This document shows positions 20,066 through 29,923 of a stretch of DNA of 42,236 bases, piece by piece. The DNA is from a virus. The translations under genes were made by a program, and so were the position numbers. The notes below the pieces were generated by a model. The model had not been told where the DNA came from. It worked only from the letters and a program-made list of their open reading frames with translations, and did no database searches. Each line of letters opens with the position of its first letter. Within the stretch, counting starts at the first letter, position 1. The stretch is taken from the UHGV virus genome UHGV-0797471. One strand, 5' to 3'.

Positions 20066-21383
20066 TCTCGATGTCCTCGTCGGTAATGGATGCCCCGATG
20101 CCGGTTACGTCAGAATTTTCTCGCAAATCAGTCATAGCGGCTTTCAGTGTCATCAGACCATCACCCAGCGCTGTACTGATTGCGTTGGTAGTGTTTAACG
20201 CCACCGTTGAGCGATCGACATCAGACATTTGCCAGAGCGGGTTAAACTCAAACGTGAAATCGTCCGGCAGCGGCTTGCCAAGTTCCGAACGATGCATGAT
20301 GTCCAGTATCCGCCGCACCGGAAGACGTAAACGCCTCTCCTGCAACGAGCTTACCCGGTCGTAATAGTTGGCAAGGTCTGCATCGCCGGTAGAAAATCCC
20401 TTCGGGGACTGTCCGAACAACCGCACCAGTGGGATACCAACAGCGCCACTAATCTGTTCTGCAAACTGTGAAAGGATGTCATCCAGACCACTGAAGCTGT
20501 ACTGATGGGTTTCAAACTTATCCCGCGAGTCCATGAGAGTCATGCCTTCATTGCTCTGGAACTGTCGAATCAGGTCAATATTCTTCAGCAACGCTTCATA
20601 CGCAGGACCACCAAGTGCGATAAGCTCGCGTAGCTTCTCCACGCTGTAGGTACGCAAATGCGCTTTGTAGACCAGCTGCGCCGCGCCGACAGTAGCGCTG
20701 TCGAACGCGGTAAGACGATCCCAGATACGCTCTACAACCGACATTCCCCATTCGTTCTCGGTCATCTTCTGCTGAAATGGCAGCGTGACGCCATCAAAGC
20801 GAATCAGTCGACTGTGATGAATGCGCCAGGCAGGAATTCCCGTTGCTGTGGTCACCACATCGTAAAACTCAGGTTTACCCAGGTCCGGCCCCATATCTTT
20901 AATGCGGCGGGTCAGTACCGGGTCAATCATCCAGCGGTCGAGCGGGAGAATTCCCTTAAACTTGCCCTTACCGATGGTTTCGGGTCGCAGCGGGGTCATT
21001 GGTGCCTGCCCCTCAATCATGATGAAACCCACCGCGCCGCCGTAGAGGCGCGACCATTTCAGCACGTCATTCAGCGCATCCCAGATTTGCAACTCATCCA
21101 GTTGTGATTCGAGAATGCCACGATCTTTTGCATCAATTTCCGAAGTGATGCGAATGCCTTTGCGGGTCATATCATCCGGGATAGCATCGACTGCTTCGCC
21201 GATGATCCAGGACGAACGATAGGACCATTCCACCAGCATGCGGTTACGACTGGTGAAATTAGCCCGGTAGGTGGATGCTGAGTGCTGGTTAGGTGTCTGC
21301 ATCCCTACGCGGGCAATAAAATTCTCATAACCATCAGCTGTGGCCTGCGCAGTTCGCCGCAGGGCTTGTTTGTTTCGTGCCAT
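19917..21383 (-). CDS. Portal protein
   Basis: 488 aa directly downstream of large terminase; acidic C-terminal tail. Confidence 0.65.
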   Translation of the reverse strand: MARNKQALRRTAQATADGYENFIARVGMQTPNQHSASTYRANFTSRNRMLVEWSYRSSWIIGEAVDAIPDDMTRKGIRITSEIDAKDRGILESQLDELQIWDALNDVLKWSRLYGGAVGFIMIEGQAPMTPLRPETIGKGKFKGILPLDRWMIDPVLTRRIKDMGPDLGKPEFYDVVTTATGIPAWRIHHSRLIRFDGVTLPFQQKMTENEWGMSVVERIWDRLTAFDSATVGAAQLVYKAHLRTYSVEKLRELIALGGPAYEALLKNIDLIRQFQSNEGMTLMDSRDKFETHQYSFSGLDDILSQFAEQISGAVGIPLVRLFGQSPKGFSTGDADLANYYDRVSSLQERRLRLPVRRILDIMHRSELGKPLPDDFTFEFNPLWQMSDVDRSTVALNTTNAISTALGDGLMTLKAAMTDLRENSDVTGIGASITDEDIENAEDEAPPGIGEPDDEPQEPSGGNPVSNQPTQDSAGGRGHRKWSLRWFK

Positions 21384-23005
21384 CAGGCCTGTCTCCCTAG
21401 CAGCTCCCAGATGTTCAGGGCTGAATTCATTGGGGCATAGTTGATCATCACCGAGTCGGCAAGGTTTGGCGATCGGGTTCCATCAGGCTGTTTATCAATA
21501 ACTATTTTTCCCACACCATTAATGGAATAGGTCGGCTGCGAAAGCTCGATGATGAGTTTATCTTTGAGTGCCATGCTACTGCTGATTGAGATGATTTCGT
21601 CCGGGTTGTAAGCCATACCTTCAACCACGGCGCGCCAGGTATTCTGAAAAAGTTTACGTAACCGCCACCAGCTCTGGGCTTTGGCGTTAGCGAAGAAGTC
21701 CTTGTTCAGACGTGCGGCTTGCCCGTTGTCCCCGCGAACAGCTTCATCATCCGGATCAAATACCGCGCCACTACCTCGAAACGGTGTGGCAAGTATTGAC
21801 GGTCGACGCGCAGCGTTACGCAGTTCGTTGATAGCGCGTGCATCGCCGCGAACGCCAGCGCCCAGCCCGTCCTCGTCAAAGCGAAACTCTTCGAGGTTGT
21901 CCTGTTCGCAAAAGCCGAAAACCTTCTTGACGGACTGATAAATGTCGCTGCCCACACCGGACCATTCCCGCACATTTTCCAGGAGGAAGCCATGACGGGT
22001 GGAAAAGGCATTTTTGTCCCTGCCTTCGTCGGCGACATCCATCGCGCCAAGTCGTTTGCCTGTTGGCTGGATACCCAGTTTGATATGCGCATCAACGGCA
22101 GCCTGTACCCATTCGGATGGAATCAGGACGCCTTCCGCTGATGCGCTGTAGTTCAGATCAAGTTCCTGTGCCACCACCACCGGATTATCGATTTTCTCGC
22201 ATTCCCTGCGATACCACTCTTCATCCTTGCGAGGATCATCCCGCCAGTGGAATGTGAATACCGGTATCTTCCCGCCATGACGCTTCTGAGCGAACGGGTT
22301 AGCCATGCCGTTAACTGAACTCAGGTCGATACGGCAACGCGTCGTTTGTGACAACGCCGCATCAATCAGCAGAGGACGCTGAAGGAATGCAGCCTCATCA
22401 ACCAGATAAAGCGTGGTACGGTCACCACGACCAATATTATCGCCAGCCTCGCCTTTGATAACGGCACCAGTTTCAGGAAACTCAACACGCATATATGGCG
22501 CGTGCTTCTTCTCGCTCCACGAACCGCGAAACTCTACAGGCAGTGTTTCCACGAACTTGCGCGCCTTCCAGAACAATGCTTTCGGGTCACCGGTGCTGTC
22601 GACGTATTCCTCTTTACGGGAGCCGAAACCGATAACCATTTCTTTGTTGAAGAGACAAAGCGAACATGCCAGTCCGATCGCGGTCCAACTGAGCCCCATT
22701 TCACGGGATTTTTCGGTAATACCATTCTCCCGATTGCCCCAGCGTTCCATAATCCAGTGGATCCACTCCTCCTGCTTAGGGAAGAGTAAAAACGGAATGG
22801 TCACCGGCAGGCCATAATCAATATTACGCGGGTCCGTTGTCATGCCCCAGTCGATGATGAACTGAGCCGGATTGGTTCGGTAAAACTGTTTTAGTGCAGG
22901 CAATATTTCAGGATTCTGGCGAATGCGCTGTAGGCGTTCCATCCGCCATTCAAAAACCATCTGGTAATCAGGATGTTTAAAATCGAAGGGGAATGGTAAC
23001 GGCAT
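21383..23005 (-). CDS. Terminase large subunit
   Basis: 540 aa; LYLVDEAAF Walker-B-like motif; sits between small terminase and portal. Confidence 0.75.
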   Translation of the reverse strand: MPLPFPFDFKHPDYQMVFEWRMERLQRIRQNPEILPALKQFYRTNPAQFIIDWGMTTDPRNIDYGLPVTIPFLLFPKQEEWIHWIMERWGNRENGITEKSREMGLSWTAIGLACSLCLFNKEMVIGFGSRKEEYVDSTGDPKALFWKARKFVETLPVEFRGSWSEKKHAPYMRVEFPETGAVIKGEAGDNIGRGDRTTLYLVDEAAFLQRPLLIDAALSQTTRCRIDLSSVNGMANPFAQKRHGGKIPVFTFHWRDDPRKDEEWYRRECEKIDNPVVVAQELDLNYSASAEGVLIPSEWVQAAVDAHIKLGIQPTGKRLGAMDVADEGRDKNAFSTRHGFLLENVREWSGVGSDIYQSVKKVFGFCEQDNLEEFRFDEDGLGAGVRGDARAINELRNAARRPSILATPFRGSGAVFDPDDEAVRGDNGQAARLNKDFFANAKAQSWWRLRKLFQNTWRAVVEGMAYNPDEIISISSSMALKDKLIIELSQPTYSINGVGKIVIDKQPDGTRSPNLADSVMINYAPMNSALNIWELLGRQA

Positions 23006-23007
23006 AC

Positions 23008-23580
23008 TTAGCCCATCATTTTTCTATACGCCTCTGCAGCCTGCTCCGGCGTTAAGTTGGTAATTTCTGTTCTGACTGGTCCTCCATCAGCGCCAGTCAC
23101 TTCATTTTTGACGTTGTCTTTAAACGCCTGAACAGAAACATGACGCCCAAGCAACTCAAGGTTTTTAACCTTATCAGGCCACTTAATCTTTTTAAGGATC
23201 CCGACCATTTCTCTGTCATCTCCTCGCCCCTCAAACATTTCAGCGAGGTTAAATCCACTCAGGTACCGACGCCACGATTCCGGCCACGCAGACAGAGGCT
23301 TAATACTTAAATCGTCCTCTAGGATGTCAGCCACATCGAGCCTGTCGATCTCAACCAGTCGCATCAGCACATAATTCGCATCAATGCCCAGTTGATCAAT
23401 ACGCTCCTGCTTTAGCTCGTTAATACGGGCGCGTATCTCAGGTTTACCGTATAGTTCAGCCCCCGTAACATGTGCTCGCCTGGAGACGTAGCCTGCGCGA
23501 ATAGCTGCTTGTGTAGCATTCAGATCGACAAGAAACTCGCGACAAAACACCTCGTGTTTTGCTTTCAGCTTCTTAGTCAT
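23008..23580 (-). CDS. Terminase small subunit
   Basis: N-terminus [24 protein letters not shown] matches the conserved terminase small subunit HTH region. Confidence 0.75.
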   Translation of the reverse strand: MTKKLKAKHEVFCREFLVDLNATQAAIRAGYVSRRAHVTGAELYGKPEIRARINELKQERIDQLGIDANYVLMRLVEIDRLDVADILEDDLSIKPLSAWPESWRRYLSGFNLAEMFEGRGDDREMVGILKKIKWPDKVKNLELLGRHVSVQAFKDNVKNEVTGADGGPVRTEITNLTPEQAAEAYRKMMG

Positions 23581-23641
23581 TTTATTTTCCAGTTATCAGG
23601 TCATTATCGAAGCCCCTCCTGGAAGAGCTTCTGTAATGCTA

Positions 23642-24166
23642 TTACCGGGACTGTTCTATTTGTCGGACACCAGCCAACTGGTTATTCGCCTTCTCGATGG
23701 CTGCCAACAATGGGTTAATCCACAGAACAGCCTGGCAATATGTCAACGTTCTGGTGGTAGTGGCACGATCACCGGCTGGGTCAATGTACCCGGAATCGGC
23801 GTGCAATGCGCTGGCGCGTAAACGGTTCGCGTAGTTGAGCAACCCGACAGCAATATCAGCAGGAACAGGGAAATCACAGTTCTTTTCACGGAGCAGAACC
23901 TCACGGTATTTGATGACTGTCTTCTCGTGACCGATGTCGACCAGAGAATTTAATCGGCTTGCGTTTTCTGCTATCTGGTTAAAACGATTGAAGTTTAATG
24001 CCTGATTAGCTATCACTTTCCCTTGATATTCAGCTTCACCTTCCGCTTTATCAGCCCGCAACTTTTCTGCCTGATACTTGCTGTGGTAATGGTTTGCAGA
24101 CCAGACGAGCGCCCCAAAGGCAGAGAAGAAAAATGCCGCGATGACAATCTTATAAGTCAGCTTCAT
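23642..24166 (-). CDS. Putative spanin (Rz-like), N-terminal membrane anchor
   Basis: N-terminal TM helix then coiled-coil-like region; immediately downstream of endolysin, overlapping its stop. Confidence 0.45.
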   Translation of the reverse strand: MKLTYKIVIAAFFFSAFGALVWSANHYHSKYQAEKLRADKAEGEAEYQGKVIANQALNFNRFNQIAENASRLNSLVDIGHEKTVIKYREVLLREKNCDFPVPADIAVGLLNYANRLRASALHADSGYIDPAGDRATTTRTLTYCQAVLWINPLLAAIEKANNQLAGVRQIEQSR

Positions 24167-24626
24167 TTACCACCCCACCAGCATCTTTAAACCTGGAAAT
24201 CAGGTCACCGATTTTATGTTCATACTGACCGTAACCTGCACCAGGTAACGACGCCCAGATATTGCTGCAACGGTCGATTGCCTGACGAATATCGCCACGG
24301 TCAATCATCGGTAAAGCGCCACGCTCTTTAATCTGCTGCAGCGCCACAGCGTCCTGACTTTCTGGCGAAAAATCTTTCAGGCCAAGCTGCTTGCGGTAGG
24401 CATCCCACCAGCGTGAAAGAAGCTGATACCGGCCTGCGGCTGTTGATTTAAGCTTCGGGTTTAGCGTGACAAGTTTGCGAGGGTGATCGGAGTAATCAGT
24501 GAACAACTCACCTCCGACGATAACGTCATAACCGTGATTACGTGTCGGTTGTCGCCCGTTATCCGTTCCTTCTGACCATGCCACCATATCCAGGAAAGCT
24601 TTACGTTGGGAATTTAGTGTCTGCAT
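24150..24626 (-). CDS. R: Endolysin, lambda R-type lytic transglycosylase
   Basis: Near-identical to lambda R as recalled: NSQRKAFLDMVAWSEGTDNGRQPTRNHGYDVIVGGELFTDYSDHPRKLVTLNPKLKSTAAGRYQLLSRWWDAYRKQLGLKDFSP. Confidence 0.9.
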   Translation of the reverse strand: MQTLNSQRKAFLDMVAWSEGTDNGRQPTRNHGYDVIVGGELFTDYSDHPRKLVTLNPKLKSTAAGRYQLLSRWWDAYRKQLGLKDFSPESQDAVALQQIKERGALPMIDRGDIRQAIDRCSNIWASLPGAGYGQYEHKIGDLISRFKDAGGVVNEADL

Positions 24627-24629
24627 GAA

Positions 24630-24971
24630 TTACTCCTTAGAGCCACCAAACTTGTTACCGATTACTCGCATTGCAGCCCCACGAATAGCATCGACACCGA
24701 TCAGCCCAACACCACCACCAATGGCAACAGAAAGCGATTTAGGCCATCCGACATACTCAAGAGCGGATGCAAAAGTCAGCGTCAGAGCACCACAGAGCAA
24801 AATCTCAAGCGTTTTTCGTTTCCAGCCGCCGCCACCGCCAAAATAGGCAATGCGCAAGCCAGCCATAACAATTGACATAACCACTGCGCCCAACGGCGTA
24901 TCTCCACGCCACCAACTTTGTAAGAGTTCCAGTAAGTCAGGCCAGGAATGAGGAGCATTGTGCATTTTCAT
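24630..24971 (-). CDS. Holin with dual-start (MKM) motif
   Basis: GGAGGTGGGAAG Shine-Dalgarno precedes ATG-AAA-ATG (M-K-M), as in lambda S holin/antiholin dual start; 2-3 predicted TM helices. The six-frame ORF extends to 24989 but lacks an SD there. Confidence 0.6.
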   Translation of the reverse strand: MKMHNAPHSWPDLLELLQSWWRGDTPLGAVVMSIVMAGLRIAYFGGGGGWKRKTLEILLCGALTLTFASALEYVGWPKSLSVAIGGGVGLIGVDAIRGAAMRVIGNKFGGSKE

Positions 24972-25070
24972 ACTTCCCACCTCCGCCATTACGGGGTGTT
25001 GTTGAAAGGCGGGCCCTGCGTATACGCCCGTAGGATTGGGTTATGAGCCGTCCTTCGGTGGGCCCTGAAT

Positions 25071-25095
25071 ACAAAAAAAGTTCGCCATAGCGAAC
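25071..25095 (-). terminator. Intrinsic terminator between Q and holin (proximal to holin)
   Basis: Minus-strand RNA GUUCGC-UAUG-GCGAAC followed by UUUUUUU. Confidence 0.55.
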
Positions 25096-25323
25096 CTTGT
25101 TAAATTTGTTAAAAAAGGAAGTTATTTAACATAATGTACGTTATAGGAACCACACGATCCCCGCTCGCAATAGATTTGCGATGAAAGGCCTATTTAATCA
25201 ACTTAAGTGGTCCAGAATGACGAAATTCGAGTGAATAAAAGGTGCATAAAAAAGGGCAAAAACTGCATAGCGTTTTTTCGCAGCGAAAGCCCTGTTTTAT
25301 TAACTTTTCCCCAGAATGGGGCA

Positions 25324-25350
25324 ATAAAAAAGGCCCCCTTGCGGAAGCCT
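25324..25350 (-). terminator. Intrinsic terminator (candidate tR'-like) downstream of Q
   Basis: Minus-strand RNA AGGCUUCC-GCAA-GGGGGCCU (8-bp stem including two G-U pairs, GNRA loop) followed by UUUUUUU. Confidence 0.55.
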
Positions 25351-25503
25351 CTTCGTGATGAACTGTTTTCAACAGATATCAGGCTAATCGGCTTTTTGGA
25401 ATTCCACAACTATTTTTTATCTTACCTTGATACCTGAAGCCGTCAGGTGTTTACGGCAATCCTGAATACCATCTGATTCCCTTACGTGATTGATTACTGG
25501 ATA
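25351..25503 (-). promoter_or_regulatory. Candidate late promoter / Q-utilisation region
   Basis: Non-coding stretch between Q stop and first terminator; contains TTGTGG-17nt-TAGCCT on the minus strand. Assignment is by analogy to lambda pR'-tR'; exact promoter not resolved. Confidence 0.3.
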
Positions 25504-25926
25504 TTATGCCGCCGGGCAGCTCCTTCGCAAAGTCCTGATAGCCTTAGGCTTTGACTGAACTGCTTGATCCATTTCCAGAACCACGTCCAGCATAGCCAGG
25601 CAGCCGTCGATAAATCCCTCTGCAGCCTGGAGCCTCTTCAGAACTTGAGTGTGTGATACGCCGAGCTTCACACCCATAGCCCTCACAGGCATCGCCTGGA
25701 TGTAATGCCACTCAAGGAGCGTACACAGGTACGGATCTTTTTTCTTCAGGCAGTTCATAGCAGAGCTGATGATCAGACCGTCATTGTCACTGCACTTCAG
25801 CCGCCCGGCTTGCGTTGCAGGTAGCAGATTCTTAAATCCAGCGGAAACAGGTGGATAGTAGACACTGCAACCTTCGCTCGCAGCCCAGCCCCCCCATCGC
25901 TCTAAAACCAGTCGAATATCACGCAT
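25504..25926 (-). CDS. Q: Late-gene antiterminator Q (phage 82 / QuuD-like family)
   Basis: N-terminus MRDIRLVLERWGGWAA...AGFKNL... and C-terminal KRLQAAEGFIDGCLAMLDVVLEMD match the Q82/QuuD family as recalled; located immediately upstream of the lysis cassette. Confidence 0.75.
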   Translation of the reverse strand: MRDIRLVLERWGGWAASEGCSVYYPPVSAGFKNLLPATQAGRLKCSDNDGLIISSAMNCLKKKDPYLCTLLEWHYIQAMPVRAMGVKLGVSHTQVLKRLQAAEGFIDGCLAMLDVVLEMDQAVQSKPKAIRTLRRSCPAA

Positions 25927-25951
25927 AGCTCTGACCTCTACGTTTTGCTAC

Positions 25952-26242
25952 TTACCGTTCATCTTTCATTTTGAGGTTAGAAAGATGTTTAAGCCGCTGG
26001 CAATACGCTTTCCAGTAAGCCTCAGAGTGCATCGGGTGCTCGATATCGCTATACAGCCATACACAGTCGTCGCGCTGAGTTACCGGCGGTGGCGCCAACA
26101 CATCTCGAGTGGCCTGCGTTAGTGCTCTTTTGAAGAAAAAAGCCTCCCCTAAGGGCTGGTAGTCTCTGTTGAATGCTTCCCAAGCCCCCTCAGCTGTTTT
26201 GCGGATACCGTAAGGCATACATTGGCGGAATATCTTTGACAT
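25952..26242 (-). CDS. Hypothetical early protein
   Basis: 96 aa ORF between the ori-like repeats and Q; no motif recognised. Confidence 0.45.
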   Translation of the reverse strand: MSKIFRQCMPYGIRKTAEGAWEAFNRDYQPLGEAFFFKRALTQATRDVLAPPPVTQRDDCVWLYSDIEHPMHSEAYWKAYCQRLKHLSNLKMKDER

Positions 26243-26288
26243 CGTCGTATCCTCATTTAGTTATTTGCTAATTTTTTCAAGTTAATTT

Positions 26289-26554
26289 CCGGGTGACGGC
26301 TAGGTGACGCGTAATTACATATCCGTCACCTGCTGCAAAGCGCGCCATATAAGGCCTGAAGATGTTTTAGGTGACAGGTGACGGTTGATTTTAGTTCTCT
26401 ATATATAAGCGATCGTATAATACCTAAAATACACACTATCGCGTATATAGTTTTAAATTCTGCCGTCACCTGTCACCTTTAGCACATTTCCCATTGTTTT
26501 ATATATACTTTTTAAGGTGACGCTTAAGCGTTTTGCCGTCACCTAGCCGTCACC
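26289..26554. repeat. Palindromic iteron array (about 10 copies of GGTGAC/GTCACC) flanking an AT-rich core; candidate replication origin
   Basis: Mirror-symmetric clusters: 26291-26309 vs 26536-26554, 26323-26332 vs 26515-26523, 26369-26384 vs 26463-26478. AT-rich, itself near-palindromic centre at 26386-26462. Lies just downstream of the primase/helicase gene. Confidence 0.55.
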
Positions 26555-26557
26555 TTT

Positions 26558-28819
26558 TTACAATCCAGATTGCAAAATTTCGCAAGATTTATATATTTCG
26601 CGCAATTCTTCGTTGCTGAAATCGTTATTTTTTACAAGAATCCAAATCCTATATACAAACCCGTCAATTTTTACGCGTACGGGTTCCCGCTTTGTTCTTT
26701 CTTTCAAAATGCGAGTAATATGCTTCTGGTTAATTTCTACATCCATTCCTGCTTCTGCCAGTATTGCGTTAACAATTTGTTGATAAGTCATTGCTGGCAC
26801 AGGCGGATTATCCAGGATTTCAATAAGAGCAGCCTCCACATCGCTCTTATTGCTTTCAATCATCAGAAGGCGTTCTTTCGTCTCGGGGGCGCGCTGCCAG
26901 TTAAAGCGAGACAGGTCAACGCCCATCAGATACCAGTACACCTGGGCGATAAAGTCGCTGTCGCTTAGCGCACCGTACAGGCTGGCGTAATGCTCTTCAG
27001 TTGCGGCGAAGTCAGGGCCCCCCAGCACAGCGATACGTCGGTCTTCCTCTGGCAGCGCCAGCGCATCAAAGTGGTTGGTGTAGAACAGAAAGCCGGTGTA
27101 TATATCCATCGTTTTTTTGCTGCCATATTTGCGGTTCACTTCAAACCGTGGTTCTGTCAGCACGTCACGGATCTTATCGTTCACCTCATACCGCTTATCA
27201 TTTTCGCGCACCTCGTCAATGGTGCATAGAAGCGTATTGTACAGATAGTCATGGAACTGGTTATCGCACAGGATCTTCATGCGAGTACGAGCACAGTTCC
27301 ACGGACCAAGCACGCGCTCCATTAACTGGCTGACCCATCCTCTGCCCGTACCATGTGCGGAAGCCACATGCAGAATAGAAATCGGGCATCGACGCTCCGG
27401 ACGCTGAACCATCCACCCCAGACGGGCGATGAAAAACTCGCGCTGCCAGGCATCAGGTACCAGATACGCCATATGATTAAGGAACGTGGACACCTTACTT
27501 GTATCCGCTGTACGTGGATGCTCAGGCATATAAAATTCGTTTATCTCAAACCGCCCGTCGAAACGCTCGATAATACGTCCCGCACCGGGCTTATAGCCTG
27601 TCGTCTCAGCAATCTTCTTATGCCGATGCTCTATCCACCGTTTGGTTGCGGGAGTTGGTTGCCCTTTCCCTTCTGGCGGGAACTGGTAAGGCGCCATCAG
27701 GTTTTTGAACGACTTCATATCCATCATGCACTGATATGGCGGTCGGCTAAGATCACATACCTGGTCACCCTCGATGACGTAGATAAAGCGTTCCAGAAAA
27801 TGAGCTGTCATATCTGTATTAATATCGGTAAATTCAGGCTTATCGCCATCTTCAACCACCGTGAGATCTTCGAACAGGGATTGCGTATAGCCGTAGCCTT
27901 CCAGCCAGTCGGCATCAGTAAGCCCCGCATCGGTGTTGTGCATGCTTTTAAAATGTCCCTGTTCAAATCCCCCCGTCCCTTTTGGGAAATACTTAATGGA
28001 TGTTTCGCTGCAACCGTTGCTGTATTCTGACTCATCCCGAAACGGTTTCAGATTGCGGGAACCATCAGAGCTGACTGACAGAGTCCACCCGTTCGCGTCA
28101 AGCCAGTCGGCGACATCATCTGTCGCGGAAGGATCAACACAGGAAAGATCACGCTGACGTCCTGCACCTGCGGTATAGCTGTCTTTCACGGGTAAGTTAT
28201 CCGCCAGACGCTGCCACAGGCTTTCGAGCTGTTCAGATGTAATTTTCAGAGGTTCGCCGGGCAGACCGCAGTCCCACTGAATACGTTCGCCTGCCGGATG
28301 GGTACCACAAGCCACAAACTGCTGGCCCTTAGCGAGCAGCTCTATTTGTTTGTTTTCGCCTTCCAGGCGGTGACCACGTTTACGGTAGTCGCCATCAACA
28401 GCAATCAGGTACAGGCATTTATGACTGTCAGCCCGCCAGCGACGTGGCGGAAGTTCCCCCAGGCATGACAGGATAATATTGCGTACGATCTCCTGCATCC
28501 CGGCGTCATTGATATCGCAGTCCAGAGCCACCACCCCGTCGCCAGTACGAACGCAAATACCGTAATCGGGTTCGTTCGACCACCGGGCAAAATCGTTTTC
28601 CGTAACAACATAGTTAGCCCAGTCGGGGATACCAACAACCTTACGTTGGCCATTGTAGCGACTGGGGGTTTTGCCGAAATTATGAGACAGCTTGCTATTA
28701 GGCGACAGTTCTGCACAGGGATTGGACACCACAGGTAAAAGCCTGTCTGTCATCCCCAACACCAGATCGAAGTGGAACCACTCATCGGGCGTAGCTCCCC
28801 ATGGTTTGTTATCAGACAT
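26558..28819 (-). CDS. Replication protein: primase (Prim-Pol-like N-terminus) with D5/P4-alpha-like NTPase C-terminus
   Basis: 753 aa; N-terminal VALDCDINDAG-type acidic motif; C-terminal degenerate P-loop HVASAHGTGRGW; first gene after cro in the early operon. Confidence 0.6.
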   Translation of the reverse strand: MSDNKPWGATPDEWFHFDLVLGMTDRLLPVVSNPCAELSPNSKLSHNFGKTPSRYNGQRKVVGIPDWANYVVTENDFARWSNEPDYGICVRTGDGVVALDCDINDAGMQEIVRNIILSCLGELPPRRWRADSHKCLYLIAVDGDYRKRGHRLEGENKQIELLAKGQQFVACGTHPAGERIQWDCGLPGEPLKITSEQLESLWQRLADNLPVKDSYTAGAGRQRDLSCVDPSATDDVADWLDANGWTLSVSSDGSRNLKPFRDESEYSNGCSETSIKYFPKGTGGFEQGHFKSMHNTDAGLTDADWLEGYGYTQSLFEDLTVVEDGDKPEFTDINTDMTAHFLERFIYVIEGDQVCDLSRPPYQCMMDMKSFKNLMAPYQFPPEGKGQPTPATKRWIEHRHKKIAETTGYKPGAGRIIERFDGRFEINEFYMPEHPRTADTSKVSTFLNHMAYLVPDAWQREFFIARLGWMVQRPERRCPISILHVASAHGTGRGWVSQLMERVLGPWNCARTRMKILCDNQFHDYLYNTLLCTIDEVRENDKRYEVNDKIRDVLTEPRFEVNRKYGSKKTMDIYTGFLFYTNHFDALALPEEDRRIAVLGGPDFAATEEHYASLYGALSDSDFIAQVYWYLMGVDLSRFNWQRAPETKERLLMIESNKSDVEAALIEILDNPPVPAMTYQQIVNAILAEAGMDVEINQKHITRILKERTKREPVRVKIDGFVYRIWILVKNNDFSNEELREIYKSCEILQSGL

Positions 28820-28822
28820 GGG

Positions 28823-29023
28823 TTACGCCTTTTGTCTAGCTGTCACTTCCTGAAAAAGCTTTTCTATCGCACGTACTGTAGAAAAGCGAGGGTCAGAATG
28901 AACCCCGGTGAGAAGCCGACTAATAGAAGACTGCTTCACGCCTGCAATTTCGGCAATTTGGTTTTGGGTATACCCTGAATCAATCAAGCTTTTGACCATC
29001 TCTTGTGGTGTTAGTCCGGACAT
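28823..29023 (-). CDS. cro: Cro-like HTH transcriptional regulator
   Basis: 66 aa; helix-turn-helix TQNQIAEIAGVKQSSISRLLTG; divergent from CI repressor; GGAG Shine-Dalgarno. Confidence 0.65.
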   Translation of the reverse strand: MSGLTPQEMVKSLIDSGYTQNQIAEIAGVKQSSISRLLTGVHSDPRFSTVRAIEKLFQEVTARQKA

Positions 29024-29164
29024 ATTTAAGTCTCCACTTTCGTCTATAGCGCAAATTTATACGAAAACGGATTATTCAGCAATACGGCAATTCTATATCA
29101 TCCTGGATTAAAATATCCGATAACGCATAATCACCGTCCCTGTATACAACATGGATGAATCCAA
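29024..29164. promoter_or_regulatory. Immunity switch region: divergent cro and cI promoters with candidate operators
   Basis: Minus-strand TTGCTG-16nt-ATAAAT candidate cro promoter; repeated ATACGAAAACGG / ATAACGCATAAT motifs, with related copies downstream of cI near 29940-29975. Confidence 0.5.
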
Positions 29165-29839
29165 ATGATTGATACTACCGATATCCTTTCTCAAAACATC
29201 AAGTACCTGATGGACAAAGCCAAGATAAGCTCGATAACTGAGCTGGCACGTCGGTTACAACTGAACCAACCAACGCTACACAGGCTGGTATCAGGAGAGG
29301 TGAAAGATCCGAAATACGCAACGTTAAAGCAGATCGCCGACTACTTCCACGTGTCACCAATAGACCTGGCAGAAAGGAGCCTTCAAGAAATGGAGAAAGA
29401 GGACGCGACGGGTATAAAAACGTATATTTCTCTTAGGTTTAATAAAGTACCTGTTTTGGGAAACACTCAGCTAGGCGTTGGAGGACTTTGGAGCGACACC
29501 CAATATTCAGTAGGTAGCAGTGATGGTTTCATATACTGGCCGACAAAGGATGAAGATGCATACGCCCTGAAATGTGTTGGTGATTCAATGATGCCTAGAA
29601 TCAAAGAGGGTGAGTTCGTAATCGTCGAACCCAACCACGACTACACTCCTGGTGATGAAGTACTTGTGGTTACCCGGGACGGTGAGGTCATGGTTAAAAC
29701 CTTCTTGTTCGAACGCGATGGCCTGTTCCATCTAATGTCTGTAAATGAAGATCATCCACCAGTCAGAGTACCACGCGAAAACATTGAAAAAATCCATTAC
29801 GTGGCGGGGATCGCCAAATCCGCGCTACGCATGTACTAA
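29165..29839 (+). CDS. cI: CI-type prophage repressor (N-terminal HTH, C-terminal S24 LexA-like autopeptidase)
   Basis: HTH ITELARRLQLNQPTLHRLVSG; S24 catalytic motifs GDSMMPRI (Ser) and VMVKTF (Lys); divergent from cro. Confidence 0.85.
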   Translation: MIDTTDILSQNIKYLMDKAKISSITELARRLQLNQPTLHRLVSGEVKDPKYATLKQIADYFHVSPIDLAERSLQEMEKEDATGIKTYISLRFNKVPVLGNTQLGVGGLWSDTQYSVGSSDGFIYWPTKDEDAYALKCVGDSMMPRIKEGEFVIVEPNHDYTPGDEVLVVTRDGEVMVKTFLFERDGLFHLMSVNEDHPPVRVPRENIEKIHYVAGIAKSALRMY

Positions 29840-29870
29840 CCTTTACAGTCTGATAACTTACTTCTGATCA

Positions 29871-29900
29871 AACCGCTCTCCACAAGGGCGGTTTTCTTAT
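29871..29900 (+). terminator. Intrinsic terminator after cI
   Basis: CCGCTCT-CCACA-AGGGCGG stem-loop followed by TTTTCTTATTT. Confidence 0.5.
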
Positions 29901-29923
29901 TTGCAAAATAATTCATTTTCGTA

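Noticed and set aside
23642-24166. Embedded Rz1-type lipoprotein gene inside the spanin gene
   Set aside because: Looked for but could not identify a convincing +1-frame lipobox ORF by eye; not called.
25190-25409. Small ORFs (60-76 aa, both strands) between Q and holin
   Set aside because: Region contains terminator hairpins and promoter-like elements; ORFs lack ribosome-binding sites and overlap each other.
26289-26554. Short repeated GGTGAC units could be mistaken for a CRISPR array
   Set aside because: Repeat unit is only 6-9 bp, occurs in both orientations with dyad symmetry and irregular spacing, and has no spacer-like unique segments of uniform length; fits iterons, not CRISPR.
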